The notes under the pieces: model-generated | Database searches by the model: none | What the model saw: the letters and a program-made list of their open reading frames with translations, nothing else | What the model was told of the DNA's origin: nothing | Virus record (IMG/VR): IMGVR_UViG_2671180921_000012 | DNA length: 64,000 nt | From: a virus | Lineage: Duplodnaviria; Heunggongvirae; Uroviricota; Caudoviricetes | Reading direction: 5' to 3' (one strand) | Part shown: piece by piece, positions 40,933-53,734 of the stretch | Layout of the letters: each line of letters begins with the position of its first letter | Position numbering within the stretch: the first letter of the stretch is position 1 | Program-made: the position numbers and the translations under genes

Positions 40933-41060
40933 ATCACATGCCCGGTACGGATGGATCCCTTTTCAAATATTCCATGGACGGCACAGTCTGAGTACCGGGC
41001 GCTACCTTCAGTTGTATTGCTAAGCCGCCGCTGGTGGCTTTTCTTTTTTGTAGGGGCGCT

Positions 41061-41702
41061 ATGGATAAGAAAATATGCGTTGTTTCGATGAGCGTCGGCA
41101 AACCGGCGTCAATGACTGCCGCATGGATCAACAATGAGCTAATAATGGCTGAGCGGACCAGCTACCCTGAACGCCGCCGCGATATGGAACTCCAGCTGCT
41201 GCGCGAATTGCGAGAAAAAGAGGAAAAGGGTTTTATCGTGCTGGTGGAAGAGGAAAACAGCTTTATTACTGGTCGAGTTGGCCAGCGTGTAAGGTTGCGC
41301 GATCCCTTCATGAACGGCAGGCCGGTACTGATTGAAGCAATGCAGATTTACAAGGAGCTGGAACGCCAGAAAGCGATCAAGTTACCGCGCAAGGAATCCG
41401 GCAAATACATCCTCCACCAAAGCATCTTCGATTCCGAACACGATAAAAAAGGCGATGAATTTTTCAACATCAACTGGAGCGAAATAACGACAGAGCACGT
41501 TCTGACGTTGTTATGCTGCTTCGCAACGGAATACAACAACGTTGCAAGCTCCGACTACATCAGGGCAATGGCTGGAGAAGTTGAGGCACGCCAGGAACCA
41601 TCGTTACTAAGCCCTCTGATTAACATAATTCGCGGAACCCAAACACTGGCGCAAAAACAAGTACCACAAGGGGAATTGACAGGTAAAGGTAATTATCTCT
41701 GA
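41061..41702 (+). CDS. mat: Hypothetical protein at the P1 mat position (213 aa)
   Basis: ORF 41034..41702 trimmed to ATG with AGGGG SD; symbol by synteny. Confidence 0.5.
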   Translation: MDKKICVVSMSVGKPASMTAAWINNELIMAERTSYPERRRDMELQLLRELREKEEKGFIVLVEEENSFITGRVGQRVRLRDPFMNGRPVLIEAMQIYKELERQKAIKLPRKESGKYILHQSIFDSEHDKKGDEFFNINWSEITTEHVLTLLCCFATEYNNVASSDYIRAMAGEVEARQEPSLLSPLINIIRGTQTLAQKQVPQGELTGKGNYL

Positions 41703-41741
41703 AAGATGCCCGGCGATAGACCGGGCAAAAGGGCGGAAAGT

Positions 41742-41990
41742 TTAATCAGCATTCAGGAGCAATGCGTTATCTATGATGATCTGCTCCCATTCTTCGAATG
41801 CCCGATCGCGGACGCCCTGGGGAACACTGTTAGTTTTGAAATCGACGACCGTACGCCATTTCCCGTCCGGACGGTACATGCGCAGAGCTTTACTTCCCCC
41901 TTCCCTGCGCACCTCAACGTTATGCTTGTCAGCAAACTCTTGTAATGCTCGTAGCGTCCCATGCTTTACTGTGTAGTATCGCTTTTTCAA
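41742..41990 (-). CDS. lxc: Small C1 co-regulator Lxc/Bof-like protein (82 aa)
   Basis: 82-aa ORF upstream-adjacent to darB as in P1. Confidence 0.6.
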   Translation of the reverse strand: MKKRYYTVKHGTLRALQEFADKHNVEVRREGGSKALRMYRPDGKWRTVVDFKTNSVPQGVRDRAFEEWEQIIIDNALLLNAD

Positions 41991-42427
41991 GTTTTCTCTC
42001 CAGCCTGTGCCAAGGCTTCAACTTCCAAATCGTAAGACTCAAACTCATAGTCCTGGTCGTCAACTTCTTCAGGCACTGGCAGTAAATGCCAGGCTGAGTA
42101 TATCTGACCATTATCAAAACGCTCCTGGCTGTAGAGCGTCGCGGCTATGAGTGTTAGCGCCGGGCGGTCATAACGGTAAATTTTGCGAACGTCACGGTCA
42201 ACGAGACGACCGAAATTACCATAACCGCGCTCCAGTAATAATTTTTTAATTTCCGGCCAGTATGGACCATAGCTGCGGTACAGGCGGGGATTTTTCAGTA
42301 ATCGCCCGCGTAGCCCTGACAGGAAGAAATCAACGTATTCGTCTTCTGTCTTTCCTAACAACGCTGTACGGAGTACCGCCTCAAGATATGTTTTATTCGG
42401 TTTTATTGTATCAGATAGTGTGGCCAT
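41987..42427 (-). CDS. ulx: Hypothetical protein upstream of lxc (146 aa)
   Basis: ORF between darB and lxc; symbol by synteny. Confidence 0.55.
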   Translation of the reverse strand: MATLSDTIKPNKTYLEAVLRTALLGKTEDEYVDFFLSGLRGRLLKNPRLYRSYGPYWPEIKKLLLERGYGNFGRLVDRDVRKIYRYDRPALTLIAATLYSQERFDNGQIYSAWHLLPVPEEVDDQDYEFESYDLEVEALAQAGEKT

Positions 42428-42460
42428 ATTATGCGACGCCCGGCGAACCGGGCGCTCCTG

Positions 42461-45400
42461 TTATGCGTATTGTTGGATGACGGCCAGAACGTCCGCCACG
42501 TTGTGTTTTGTCTCGATAATCCACCAGTTACCCGGGAAATCGCTGTTCTTCGCCTTCGCTGGCAGCCAGCGAGCGCCGAATTTCGCCTTGATTGCGTCTT
42601 TCGCACGGAAAAGAACGCCTTTCATGCCTGAGGCTTCCTGAAGCCCAAATACCTCGCCAGCGGCGAATTTTGGTGCGTACATCATCTTCAGGTCGGCGGT
42701 GGATACGCGATAATTCAGACCAAGAGACTGAGCTATGCTGGTGGCATCACCCTGTATTGATGATAACTCTTCTTGTTTCTCGTTTCTGGCGGCAATCTCT
42801 TCCTCCGTGATGTTGCCAAGGGTTAGGTTTATCCGATCAGCGTCGGCCTGTTTCTCTTCATCGGTGCGCCCGGCAAGAACCGTGTTAATTCTCTGCAATA
42901 TCTCCACATGATTCTTGCGCATGCTGAGCAATTCCGGCGTAACCTCGTTAAGATCCACCAGCCCAAGGATGGCAAGGTCGGAAAACATTGATACCAGGTT
43001 GTAGGTCATGCGATAGCTGAGTTGACCATAGGCTGATGGCAACTTCACCGCATCCATTTGATAGGCATCCATAAATTTAGAGCCGTTGTTTACGACATCC
43101 GCTATTGCAGGTGTGATTTTCCCTGTGGTGGCGGCCTCCCTGATTGCTGTTACCCACGATTGAGTCAGCGCGGCGACTGCATGATTCAGATTGGCTTCCC
43201 GTTCTGCTGCGATGCGCGCGCTTGCTGCGTCCATTGCCTGCTTGATCTCGGCTTTATTGCTGTAAATGCCAATGGTGCCAAACTGTGCTGTGGTGATCTC
43301 ATAATCTGACGCCCGGAACTCATTGGTACCGAAAATGGCATTGGTGACTTCAAGTTCAGAATCCCCGTTACGAGTAGCCCCCTGGCTTGTTTTTTCCGGC
43401 ATTCTGGCGATCGCATCCGCTATTTTCTCCTGAATTGCTTCAGGGGATAGCGTATCTCCGTATGACGCGATTACATCGCCATAATTGGAGCCAAACAATT
43501 CAACCAGGAATGTTTCTGCCGAACGGATCTGGCGGTTATTCCCTTCCGACATCATACCAAGCACCCATTTTGCAATTGACGACTTCAGCGCGCCGTCACG
43601 GCGATCCGGGTAAACCGCATGCTTCAGTGGGTCCGTATAGGTGCCAACAAAATCAATGCTATAGCCTGACTCTGTAGTCTGAACGCCGTACGAGTCAGTT
43701 ATTTTGATCATGCCGCGCTGCTGGAAACGGTAGAAATCGTCACAGGAAATGATGTCGTTAATCCCGGCGATGGAGACGCCACCACTGATTTTCTGCATAA
43801 CAGCATCTTCATCGGGAGTTACATCCACCTGTTTATCCAGCGTCTTCACATCCCAGTTACCCGATTTGGTGCCTTTGAAGGTAAAGATGATCTCCACGTC
43901 TGCGCGCTGGCTGTCGAAGTCCAGCGACTTAATGCGAACGATATCACCGGCACAATCATAGTATTGGCCTACACGCCATGAGCGATCGCCGATAACAAGG
44001 AACTCATTCGCATGGTTAACCAGATCAGGATCAACATCCAGAATGCCTTTATTTATTGCATCCTCCACCAGCGGGCGCAGGCGTTTGATATCCGTCGCGG
44101 CCTTCTGAGTACGGTTCAATAATTTCTCATAGCGGGAGATGGCCTGAGAGATATTAGCCTTGCGCTGAATGGCGCTTTTCAACGACGCGCGATACTGTGC
44201 TAACAACATACGGTCTGTGTGATGGACGCTACCCCAGCGGGCTTTCCAGTCTGCGTTATCAGCTGCTTTGGCCATTACCGCCTGTTTGAATTTGGCGACG
44301 TCGGCGGTGGTCTTTTCAAGTTCCGCTTTGCTTCGCTCCAATTCAGCGGTAAGTACCTCCACATCCTCACCAGCTGCGTGCTGCGCCTTGATGTAGTTCT
44401 GAAGGTCGATAGTAGCCTGTTCTTTCTGGCGAGCGCGTTTCGCAGCTTTCGCCTTATCCATTTGAACCTGCATCATTACCAGACGTTCGCCGTCATCCTT
44501 CGCGGTATACATCTGCATTTCGATCATGTCATTGGCGTCGGCGTTCTCCATTTCTGACTTATCTGAACGGAGGATATCGGAGATCCAGCCTGCTTTACGC
44601 TTCAGCGTCTTCAGTCGGTATTCATCGAAAGACCCCTTGCCGCAGTAGTAGTGAACGCGAACGCTTGCACGGTTGGAGCCAACTCGTGCACCGCGACCGT
44701 TACGTTGTGCGATACTGGCTGGTGTCCACGGCAACGTCAGGTGGTGGATATCCGTCGTTCCTCGATGCAGGTTGATACCCACCTCTGCCTTTTTGTTGCA
44801 GATGATGATCGGAGTCCGGCCCTCCTGGAAGTCGGCTGCAATCTTTTCCAGACCGCCCAACGACATTTCATTTTGCTGCGCGATATAGGCGTCATACAGA
44901 GCCATTTGCTCGTTGTATTTCGCTATCTGTGCATCTGTTGGTTCATCCGGTAGCTCTTTCGGCGGTTTAACCGCTTTCAGTTTCTTACCGGTTTTACCTG
45001 CCTCGGCAACCGTCTGAGCATTCAGGATACCCACCTTTGAAGGTTCAAGGTTAAGAGCATTGCAGATAATGCGCTTGAGCTTCTGGTGCTGCGTTTTTTC
45101 ATCGGTGAAGATGATTTGCTTACCTTCCGGGAAAAACTCCTTCAGCGTGGCGATCAGCTTCGCGTATTTGGGTGTAACGGGGTGAGTTACGGTCTGTTCG
45201 TCAATGCCAAACTTGGCCAGGCGCTTATTCACTTCCTGCTCAAATGCTTCCGGTACCTGCAACTGAATAAACTCGCCCTTATCTATCAGGGAGTATTGCG
45301 ATTGCTGCGTGATCGAATCATCACTGTCGTCGTCTTCGCTGGTGGCTTGTTTAGGCAAACTGTCCGCCAGCTGCTGCACCGCATCGGCGTACTCCGGCAG

Positions 45401-48400
45401 GAAACGATAGGTGATCCGGCGATAGTACAGGTCCATGTCAGTACATACGCGGTCCATATCCCTGATTATTGAGAAGATCGGACGGGCTTTCTCGTGCTCA
45501 ATCACGCCGTCTTCATTGACCGAGGTCGTTACGCCATTGTTGGCTTTGGCTGCCGCTTCCGCCTGCTGACGCAATTCTTCATACGCCGCCAGTTGTTCTT
45601 CCGTAAGTGGTGCATCCTGCTGGTGTTCGTCCAGTTCCGGGATCTCCACGGTATCCTTAACGTCTTCCGCCGTTTTAAGCGTTGTCCAGCGATGGAATAT
45701 GCCGCGCAGCGCATCAAGGTTTTCAAAGCCCACCAGCGCCATTTTTTCTTCAACTTCACCGCTGATTTTCTGTACCGTTTCCAGCCTGGTCTTGCCGAAG
45801 AATTTAACGAAGTCATCAGGACCGTAGATCCCCATCTTCTGCCAGTATTCCTTCGGCAGAACATGAGAAAGCATGTTGTATGCATCGATCGGGGTGTTAA
45901 CGACTGGCGTTGCAGTCAGGAGAACCGGCCCGCGCCCGCCATTCTTTTTCATCAGGTACGCGTTTTTGATTGCCATATCCCGCGCCGATTGCGCCACCGC
46001 GCTGGTGGGCAGATAGGCCAGTTGTGACGCTTCGCGACCATTTTTATAGCTATTGCGGTAGTTGTGACCTTCGTCGGCGATCACACTATCGAAGCCCATA
46101 TCCTCAAAGTACGGATACTTCTCTGCTTTTTCGGTGCCGGTATCTGAATACTCCGACAATACCCGGCGACGCGCGGCCTCTTTGCGGTGGGAGTCGGAGT
46201 CCATTGCGCTGGCTACGCGTCCGGCGGCAACGAAGTCATAAAGCATATCCTGTGCATGCTCATCTACGGTGTCATCACGTAGCGGAATGCGGGCGTATTG
46301 TTCTTTGGTAAACACGACTGCACGGTAATTTGAGTGCGGGATCGCGTTCATCCGCGCCGTGATAGTGGCTTCATCTGCCAGCTTAAGAGCATCGCGCATA
46401 ACTGGAGTGCCATCAGTACCAAGAACAGGTTTACCGTTCTCATCGAGCACCGGCACCTGGCGAATCTGATCGCCATCCATCAGCACATCAAGACCGACGA
46501 ACAGGTAGTTACTGAATGCCTCTTCACTCAGGAATTCTTTTGCTTCGTAATACCAGTTTTCCAGCACTGATTTAGGCACTACATACGCAGTACGGGTGGA
46601 GCGACCGTTCTCATAGTTGAACGCCTCAAGCGCCAGCGCGGTCGTAGTTTTACCCAGCCCGGTGCCGAAGCCCAGGATGCCGCGCCCATCTTCGGACAGT
46701 CGGCGCACTTCGCTATTCTGGTAATCAAATGGCTGGCGCTTACCGCTTAATCCCTTCAACCCAAGCGGATCGCCAGAGTGTTCATACGGGATATTGCTAT
46801 TGAAAACATCGTTGTATTTGGCAACCAGCTCATCGTAGCGATCGTGCGTCTTGATCCACTTATTGAACTGGTCCTCAAGCAGTGACATCTGCTCGCGGTA
46901 GCCGTTCGCCGTCGCGCTATCTTTGCCACCGATACGCGCACCATTCAGATACTTTTCCAGCTGTGCCGGGAACCCGGTCGCGTTTTCACCTGATTTACGG
47001 TCCCACTCGTAGCGGATCTCGCCTGTTTCTTTATCCTTGCGCTGGACGACACCGTATCGGTGCCCGACGAACAGACCATCACCACCGTGATAGGTGTCAG
47101 AAACCATTTCGTCGCCTTCCAGCTGCACTGACTGCACATAGCGCAGATCCGGATAGCCGTTTTCCTGCAAAAATTCCAGAATCACGGAACGGTCGAACCA
47201 ACGGCTATTGAGCTTAAACCGGATATTCTCTGCTGGCGTCTTGATGCGCTTCTCTTCGATCGCTGCCAGCTGATTAAGGACGTTGTTCTTTACTGGACCG
47301 TCGGGGAGCGTGGCGAGGAATTCCTGTTTTGGAGCCACTATCTCGTTAATGTCGCCGCTGGTGGCGCGGGCGAACGGAACAATCCCGCCATACGGTGAAA
47401 CCGCAATGCCAGGGGTGCTGGCCAATAAATTAAGCAACTCGTCATCACTGGCTGGCAGTTCGCCGGTAAACGCAAGGCGGAAATCATCGAGCTGGATTGG
47501 ATCGCGAGTGAGATCACTGTAGAGATAACGCAGGGTGTCCTGATAGCTGGTGGAGTCATAACTGGCGCTGGAATCATGCGTAACCAGTTTTCCTGTCAGC
47601 TCGTCAGAAATAGTGCCATCCAGCTTAATTGCACCACGGAAAGCAAACCAGGCGCGCGCACCGCTCCCCGATAATTTCGCTATCGGACCGCGACCGGGGT
47701 TACCAAAACGGTCAATCTCTGCCTGCAAACGGGATACCAGAGAAAGGCGCTGCTGTTCGATTTGTTCAGCACTATGCCCGGCGGCCTTCATGTCCTGATA
47801 TTCAATTAACATCCGGCCAATCATCGCCCCGCGATACAAGCGTTCACGGTATTTTTCAGGCTGGCTGTTAATCCAGTCCACCAGCTGCACCATATCGTCG
47901 CTGATTGATGTGGTGTATTTATCGCGGACATTTGCCATCTGGGTAAATGTCATACCGAGACGGCCTTCTGTTGTAGTCAGGTTACGCTGAAGAGCCTCCC
48001 AGCTGTCCGCGCCATAACTGGCAACATCAATCTTCAGCTCCTTCCCGGCATCAGCTTCAATCCAGCGACCACCAGCATATTTTTGCCATACGCCATTAAT
48101 CAGGCGCATTTCCCCTTCATCAACAACATCTGCGGTCGGTGACGGTTCAGCCATATCGAGCAAAGACCAGTCGATACGACTTTCGAAACGATGAATCAGC
48201 TTCGCTTTAAGAGCCTGGTTATCAATCTGCCCGTCGGCACGAACCTCAATACGCCCCTGGAATCCCTTCTCCTGAGTGCCATGAACAAACCGGCGGCCGT
48301 CCTTTTCAAACCACTTGCCAGAAATAAACGTTGGCCAAAGCACATTTGCCGATTCAAGAGTGCCTTCATCCACCAGGGGGATTTTCTCAGCCATCTCCGC

Positions 48401-49228
48401 CGGATGTTTGCGCATCAGCACCACGTCAACGACCGTACTGGTCCCGTTTGCGTCAAAAGTACCGGTAGGCAAGCGGTGGGCACCAAGAAATTCAGCTTTC
48501 CGTGATAGGCGCAGGCGTAACCGCTTCATGTTTGAACCTGAAACAATGGACGGCGGCACAATCACGCACATGAATCCGCCTGGCTTTATCTTGTCCAGCA
48601 TGCGGAGCATGAAGTAAGAACCCATGTCCGTTTCTTCTGCGTAAGGCTTATCGATGTTGCGTGTGTTATCACGACCACCGAACGGAACGTTACCCACAAC
48701 ATGGTCGAATGAATCGTTAGGCGTGCTTATAGCCAGCTGTTCGAACGGGGAAATCTGTACGCTGTCTTCCGGGTGTAACAACTGGTTTATACGACCGGAA
48801 ACACTGCTGATCTCAGTCGCGGTCATCACCGTACCAACCGGTTTTGTCTCATTAAAAACGCCGGTGCCCGCCGATGGTTCCAGAGTGTTACCTACGTCCG
48901 CGCCGTAGAGCTTCATGATCTCCCAGACACCTTCAGCGATCGGCTTTGGTGTGTAATATTCGGAGACGGACCCGCCAATGCCGCCTTCACCGGTGTACCC
49001 AGCCAGGATCTGGCGCTGTTCATCTGTCAGTGTCGCGCCGTCCACCAGCGAATTAAGCAAATCTATCGCCTTCTGATTCGCCTCCCGGCGTAGTCGGTCA
49101 TAGCTTTTGCCTTCCACCTTTTCCACGCCGTATCTAATCGGCGCTCGGTGAGATGTTATTGCCCTAATGTATTTCAATATTTCGCTGACACTTGAACAGC
49201 GAAACACCCCCATAGATAGCTTGTTCAT
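42461..49228 (-). CDS. darB: Antirestriction protein DarB: N6-adenine MTase-like domain fused to DExH helicase (2255 aa)
   Basis: 2255 aa; MTase motifs LEPSAGTGVF and VGNVPFG; helicase motifs GFGTGLGKT and DEGHNY. Confidence 0.9.
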   Translation of the reverse strand: MNKLSMGVFRCSSVSEILKYIRAITSHRAPIRYGVEKVEGKSYDRLRREANQKAIDLLNSLVDGATLTDEQRQILAGYTGEGGIGGSVSEYYTPKPIAEGVWEIMKLYGADVGNTLEPSAGTGVFNETKPVGTVMTATEISSVSGRINQLLHPEDSVQISPFEQLAISTPNDSFDHVVGNVPFGGRDNTRNIDKPYAEETDMGSYFMLRMLDKIKPGGFMCVIVPPSIVSGSNMKRLRLRLSRKAEFLGAHRLPTGTFDANGTSTVVDVVLMRKHPAEMAEKIPLVDEGTLESANVLWPTFISGKWFEKDGRRFVHGTQEKGFQGRIEVRADGQIDNQALKAKLIHRFESRIDWSLLDMAEPSPTADVVDEGEMRLINGVWQKYAGGRWIEADAGKELKIDVASYGADSWEALQRNLTTTEGRLGMTFTQMANVRDKYTTSISDDMVQLVDWINSQPEKYRERLYRGAMIGRMLIEYQDMKAAGHSAEQIEQQRLSLVSRLQAEIDRFGNPGRGPIAKLSGSGARAWFAFRGAIKLDGTISDELTGKLVTHDSSASYDSTSYQDTLRYLYSDLTRDPIQLDDFRLAFTGELPASDDELLNLLASTPGIAVSPYGGIVPFARATSGDINEIVAPKQEFLATLPDGPVKNNVLNQLAAIEEKRIKTPAENIRFKLNSRWFDRSVILEFLQENGYPDLRYVQSVQLEGDEMVSDTYHGGDGLFVGHRYGVVQRKDKETGEIRYEWDRKSGENATGFPAQLEKYLNGARIGGKDSATANGYREQMSLLEDQFNKWIKTHDRYDELVAKYNDVFNSNIPYEHSGDPLGLKGLSGKRQPFDYQNSEVRRLSEDGRGILGFGTGLGKTTTALALEAFNYENGRSTRTAYVVPKSVLENWYYEAKEFLSEEAFSNYLFVGLDVLMDGDQIRQVPVLDENGKPVLGTDGTPVMRDALKLADEATITARMNAIPHSNYRAVVFTKEQYARIPLRDDTVDEHAQDMLYDFVAAGRVASAMDSDSHRKEAARRRVLSEYSDTGTEKAEKYPYFEDMGFDSVIADEGHNYRNSYKNGREASQLAYLPTSAVAQSARDMAIKNAYLMKKNGGRGPVLLTATPVVNTPIDAYNMLSHVLPKEYWQKMGIYGPDDFVKFFGKTRLETVQKISGEVEEKMALVGFENLDALRGIFHRWTTLKTAEDVKDTVEIPELDEHQQDAPLTEEQLAAYEELRQQAEAAAKANNGVTTSVNEDGVIEHEKARPIFSIIRDMDRVCTDMDLYYRRITYRFLPEYADAVQQLADSLPKQATSEDDDSDDSITQQSQYSLIDKGEFIQLQVPEAFEQEVNKRLAKFGIDEQTVTHPVTPKYAKLIATLKEFFPEGKQIIFTDEKTQHQKLKRIICNALNLEPSKVGILNAQTVAEAGKTGKKLKAVKPPKELPDEPTDAQIAKYNEQMALYDAYIAQQNEMSLGGLEKIAADFQEGRTPIIICNKKAEVGINLHRGTTDIHHLTLPWTPASIAQRNGRGARVGSNRASVRVHYYCGKGSFDEYRLKTLKRKAGWISDILRSDKSEMENADANDMIEMQMYTAKDDGERLVMMQVQMDKAKAAKRARQKEQATIDLQNYIKAQHAAGEDVEVLTAELERSKAELEKTTADVAKFKQAVMAKAADNADWKARWGSVHHTDRMLLAQYRASLKSAIQRKANISQAISRYEKLLNRTQKAATDIKRLRPLVEDAINKGILDVDPDLVNHANEFLVIGDRSWRVGQYYDCAGDIVRIKSLDFDSQRADVEIIFTFKGTKSGNWDVKTLDKQVDVTPDEDAVMQKISGGVSIAGINDIISCDDFYRFQQRGMIKITDSYGVQTTESGYSIDFVGTYTDPLKHAVYPDRRDGALKSSIAKWVLGMMSEGNNRQIRSAETFLVELFGSNYGDVIASYGDTLSPEAIQEKIADAIARMPEKTSQGATRNGDSELEVTNAIFGTNEFRASDYEITTAQFGTIGIYSNKAEIKQAMDAASARIAAEREANLNHAVAALTQSWVTAIREAATTGKITPAIADVVNNGSKFMDAYQMDAVKLPSAYGQLSYRMTYNLVSMFSDLAILGLVDLNEVTPELLSMRKNHVEILQRINTVLAGRTDEEKQADADRINLTLGNITEEEIAARNEKQEELSSIQGDATSIAQSLGLNYRVSTADLKMMYAPKFAAGEVFGLQEASGMKGVLFRAKDAIKAKFGARWLPAKAKNSDFPGNWWIIETKHNVADVLAVIQQYA

Positions 49229-49239
49229 TGGTAATCCTT

Positions 49240-49261
49240 AACAAGTGACTAGTGTTAAATT
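49240..49261 (+). promoter_or_regulatory. Candidate late promoter for prt in the 75-bp divergent darB/prt region
   Basis: AACAAGTGACTAG, 5 nt, TAAATT; near-palindromic TTAACA ... TGTTAA. Confidence 0.45.
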
Positions 49262-49294
49262 CCGTTCAAACACGATGCGAATTATTCTAATTAA

Positions 49295-52025
<2,731 letters not shown>

Positions 52026-52036
52026 CCATCAAAAAT

Positions 52037-52058
52037 AACCCCGGCGGCTGCTGGGGTT
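52037..52058. terminator. GC-rich hairpin between convergent pro and lyz
   Basis: AACCCC ... GGGGTT stem; T-rich flank on the minus strand. Confidence 0.45.
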
Positions 52059-52316
52059 CTCGTTAACTATTATCGCCTTCGTCTGCGTGCCATATATTTT
52101 CGCACCGCGCGACGTGGGCAATCTGAAGCGGTTTCTTTCTGCTGCATCAATCTTGCAGCCATGCTCAAAAATGTCAGGCACAGCCGAAGCCCGGCATATA
52201 ATAGCGGTTCCAGTGGCCACGTCTCATTGAGCACATATACCGCCATGAAAATCGAGTCGAAAACTATCGCCGCCAGCGATAACTTCATTGTCGAAAGTCG
52301 GCGGAGCTGCCGGAGT

Positions 52317-52874
52317 TTATTCATTGACCAGTCCCGTCAGGCAAAGCTGGCGTTCTTTTTCACGGCGAATCTTTAAACCTCGCAGGGGCACGCCGTTACT
52401 GTTCACGAAATCAGGGAGATGGTTACACATATTCACCCATTCTCCTTTCTGCGCCCACTTGTGGATGGACGTTTCTACTCGCATGCCTCGCGCTTTGCTG
52501 TAGTAGGTCCGTAAACTATTGCATCCCATATTGAATGCCGCGCTTGTCATTGCGCTGAAGGCATTATCGGGCATGTCTTTGCCCAGGAAGTGCTGGTTAA
52601 TACAGCGTTCAGCGATCAGGATATTCTTTTCCCAATCAGCGGCGATTTGCTGGTCGGTTTTTCGCACGCCTGGCGTTACCCCGTGTGTATTACCAATCCC
52701 GTCAGTCCATACACCCGCCGGGCACATGTATGGATCACGTCGGCAACCTTCAGCGTTACCAATCAGCTCAAGCCCCGCCTGGTTGGTTCGCACATTGCCA
52801 TTACCCATCACGATGGTAATCATCACCGCGATAGCGCAAATTGCACCGCCTCCTGCGGCTGTTTTTCCCTTCAT
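52317..52874 (-). CDS. lyz: SAR-endolysin, lysozyme (185 aa)
   Basis: ORF 52317..52973 trimmed to ATG; hydrophobic Gly/Ala-rich N-terminal SAR-like segment; 185 aa as recalled for P1 Lyz. Confidence 0.85.
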   Translation of the reverse strand: MKGKTAAGGGAICAIAVMITIVMGNGNVRTNQAGLELIGNAEGCRRDPYMCPAGVWTDGIGNTHGVTPGVRKTDQQIAADWEKNILIAERCINQHFLGKDMPDNAFSAMTSAAFNMGCNSLRTYYSKARGMRVETSIHKWAQKGEWVNMCNHLPDFVNSNGVPLRGLKIRREKERQLCLTGLVNE

Positions 52875-52961
52875 AAAGACCTCATAAGCGAATTTTTTAC
52901 GCTCCAGGACAAACACCCATTCACAGCCAATACCGACTGACTCGATCCCTTTAGAAGGTAC

Positions 52962-52984
52962 AGGATAATGCAAATCACTTGTTA
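52962..52984 (-). promoter_or_regulatory. Candidate late promoter for lyz
   Basis: Minus-strand TAACAAGTGATT, 5 nt, TATCCT. Confidence 0.4.
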
Positions 52985-53007
52985 GCTACGTTTCAAAGAT
53001 ATACATT

Positions 53008-53024
53008 ATTGCTCTAATTAATTT
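53008..53024 (+). promoter_or_regulatory. C1 operator-like site upstream of ssb
   Basis: ATTGCTCTAATTAATTT, 16/17 match. Confidence 0.6.
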
Positions 53025-53043
53025 ATTTTATTAGGTGAGATAA

Positions 53044-53532
53044 GTGGCACAACGCGGTGTAAATAAAGTCATCCTGATAGGTACCCTGGGACAAGACCCA
53101 GATATCAGGTATATACCAAATGGCGGAGCAGTCGGAAGACTCAGCATCGCAACGAATGAATCATGGCGCGACAAGCAAACAGGCCAACAGAAAGAGCAAA
53201 CAGAATGGCATAAAGTCGTTTTGTTCGGAAAACTTGCTGAAATCGCGAGTGAGTATTTACGAAAAGGTTCTCAGGTCTACATCGAAGGGAAACTTAAAAC
53301 CCGTAAGTGGACAGATGACGCCGGTGTAGAACGTTACACGACGGAAATTATCGTCAGCCAGGGCGGCACCATGCAAATGATCGGCGCTCGCCGCGACGAT
53401 TCACAGTCCTCAAATGGCTGGGGGCAGTCAAACCAACCTCAAAACCACCAGCAATACAGCGGTGGCGGCAAACCTCAGAGCAGCGCCAATAACGAACCTC
53501 CAATGGACTTTGAAGACGATATTCCGTTTTAG
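53044..53532 (+). CDS. ssb: Single-stranded DNA-binding protein (162 aa)
   Basis: GTG start with AGGTGA SD; OB-fold N-terminus, Gly/Gln-rich tail ending DDDIPF. Confidence 0.9.
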   Translation: MAQRGVNKVILIGTLGQDPDIRYIPNGGAVGRLSIATNESWRDKQTGQQKEQTEWHKVVLFGKLAEIASEYLRKGSQVYIEGKLKTRKWTDDAGVERYTTEIIVSQGGTMQMIGARRDDSQSSNGWGQSNQPQNHQQYSGGGKPQSSANNEPPMDFEDDIPF

Positions 53533-53734
53533 AGTTTATGAGTAAAAAACGACTGAAAGAAAAGCGGTGGTCCAAACGCCAACAAAAGCACGAACTCGCT
53601 AAAAAACGCCAAAGTTGGCAATGGAACGCGCTTTTCACGAAAAGAACACCCCGAGATATTGCTTTCGCTGGTGGGAAAACATTCCTGACCCACCTGAAGG
53701 CGCAATACATCAGTTTTTAAGCAGAGAAAAGACT

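Noticed and set aside
42592-49000. Numerous 60-180-aa ORFs on the plus strand
   Set aside because: All lie inside the 2255-aa darB gene on the opposite strand; they arise from the long GC-rich coding region.
53538-53720. 60-aa basic ORF immediately after ssb
   Set aside because: No convincing SD and low-complexity basic composition; kept only as a weak possibility.
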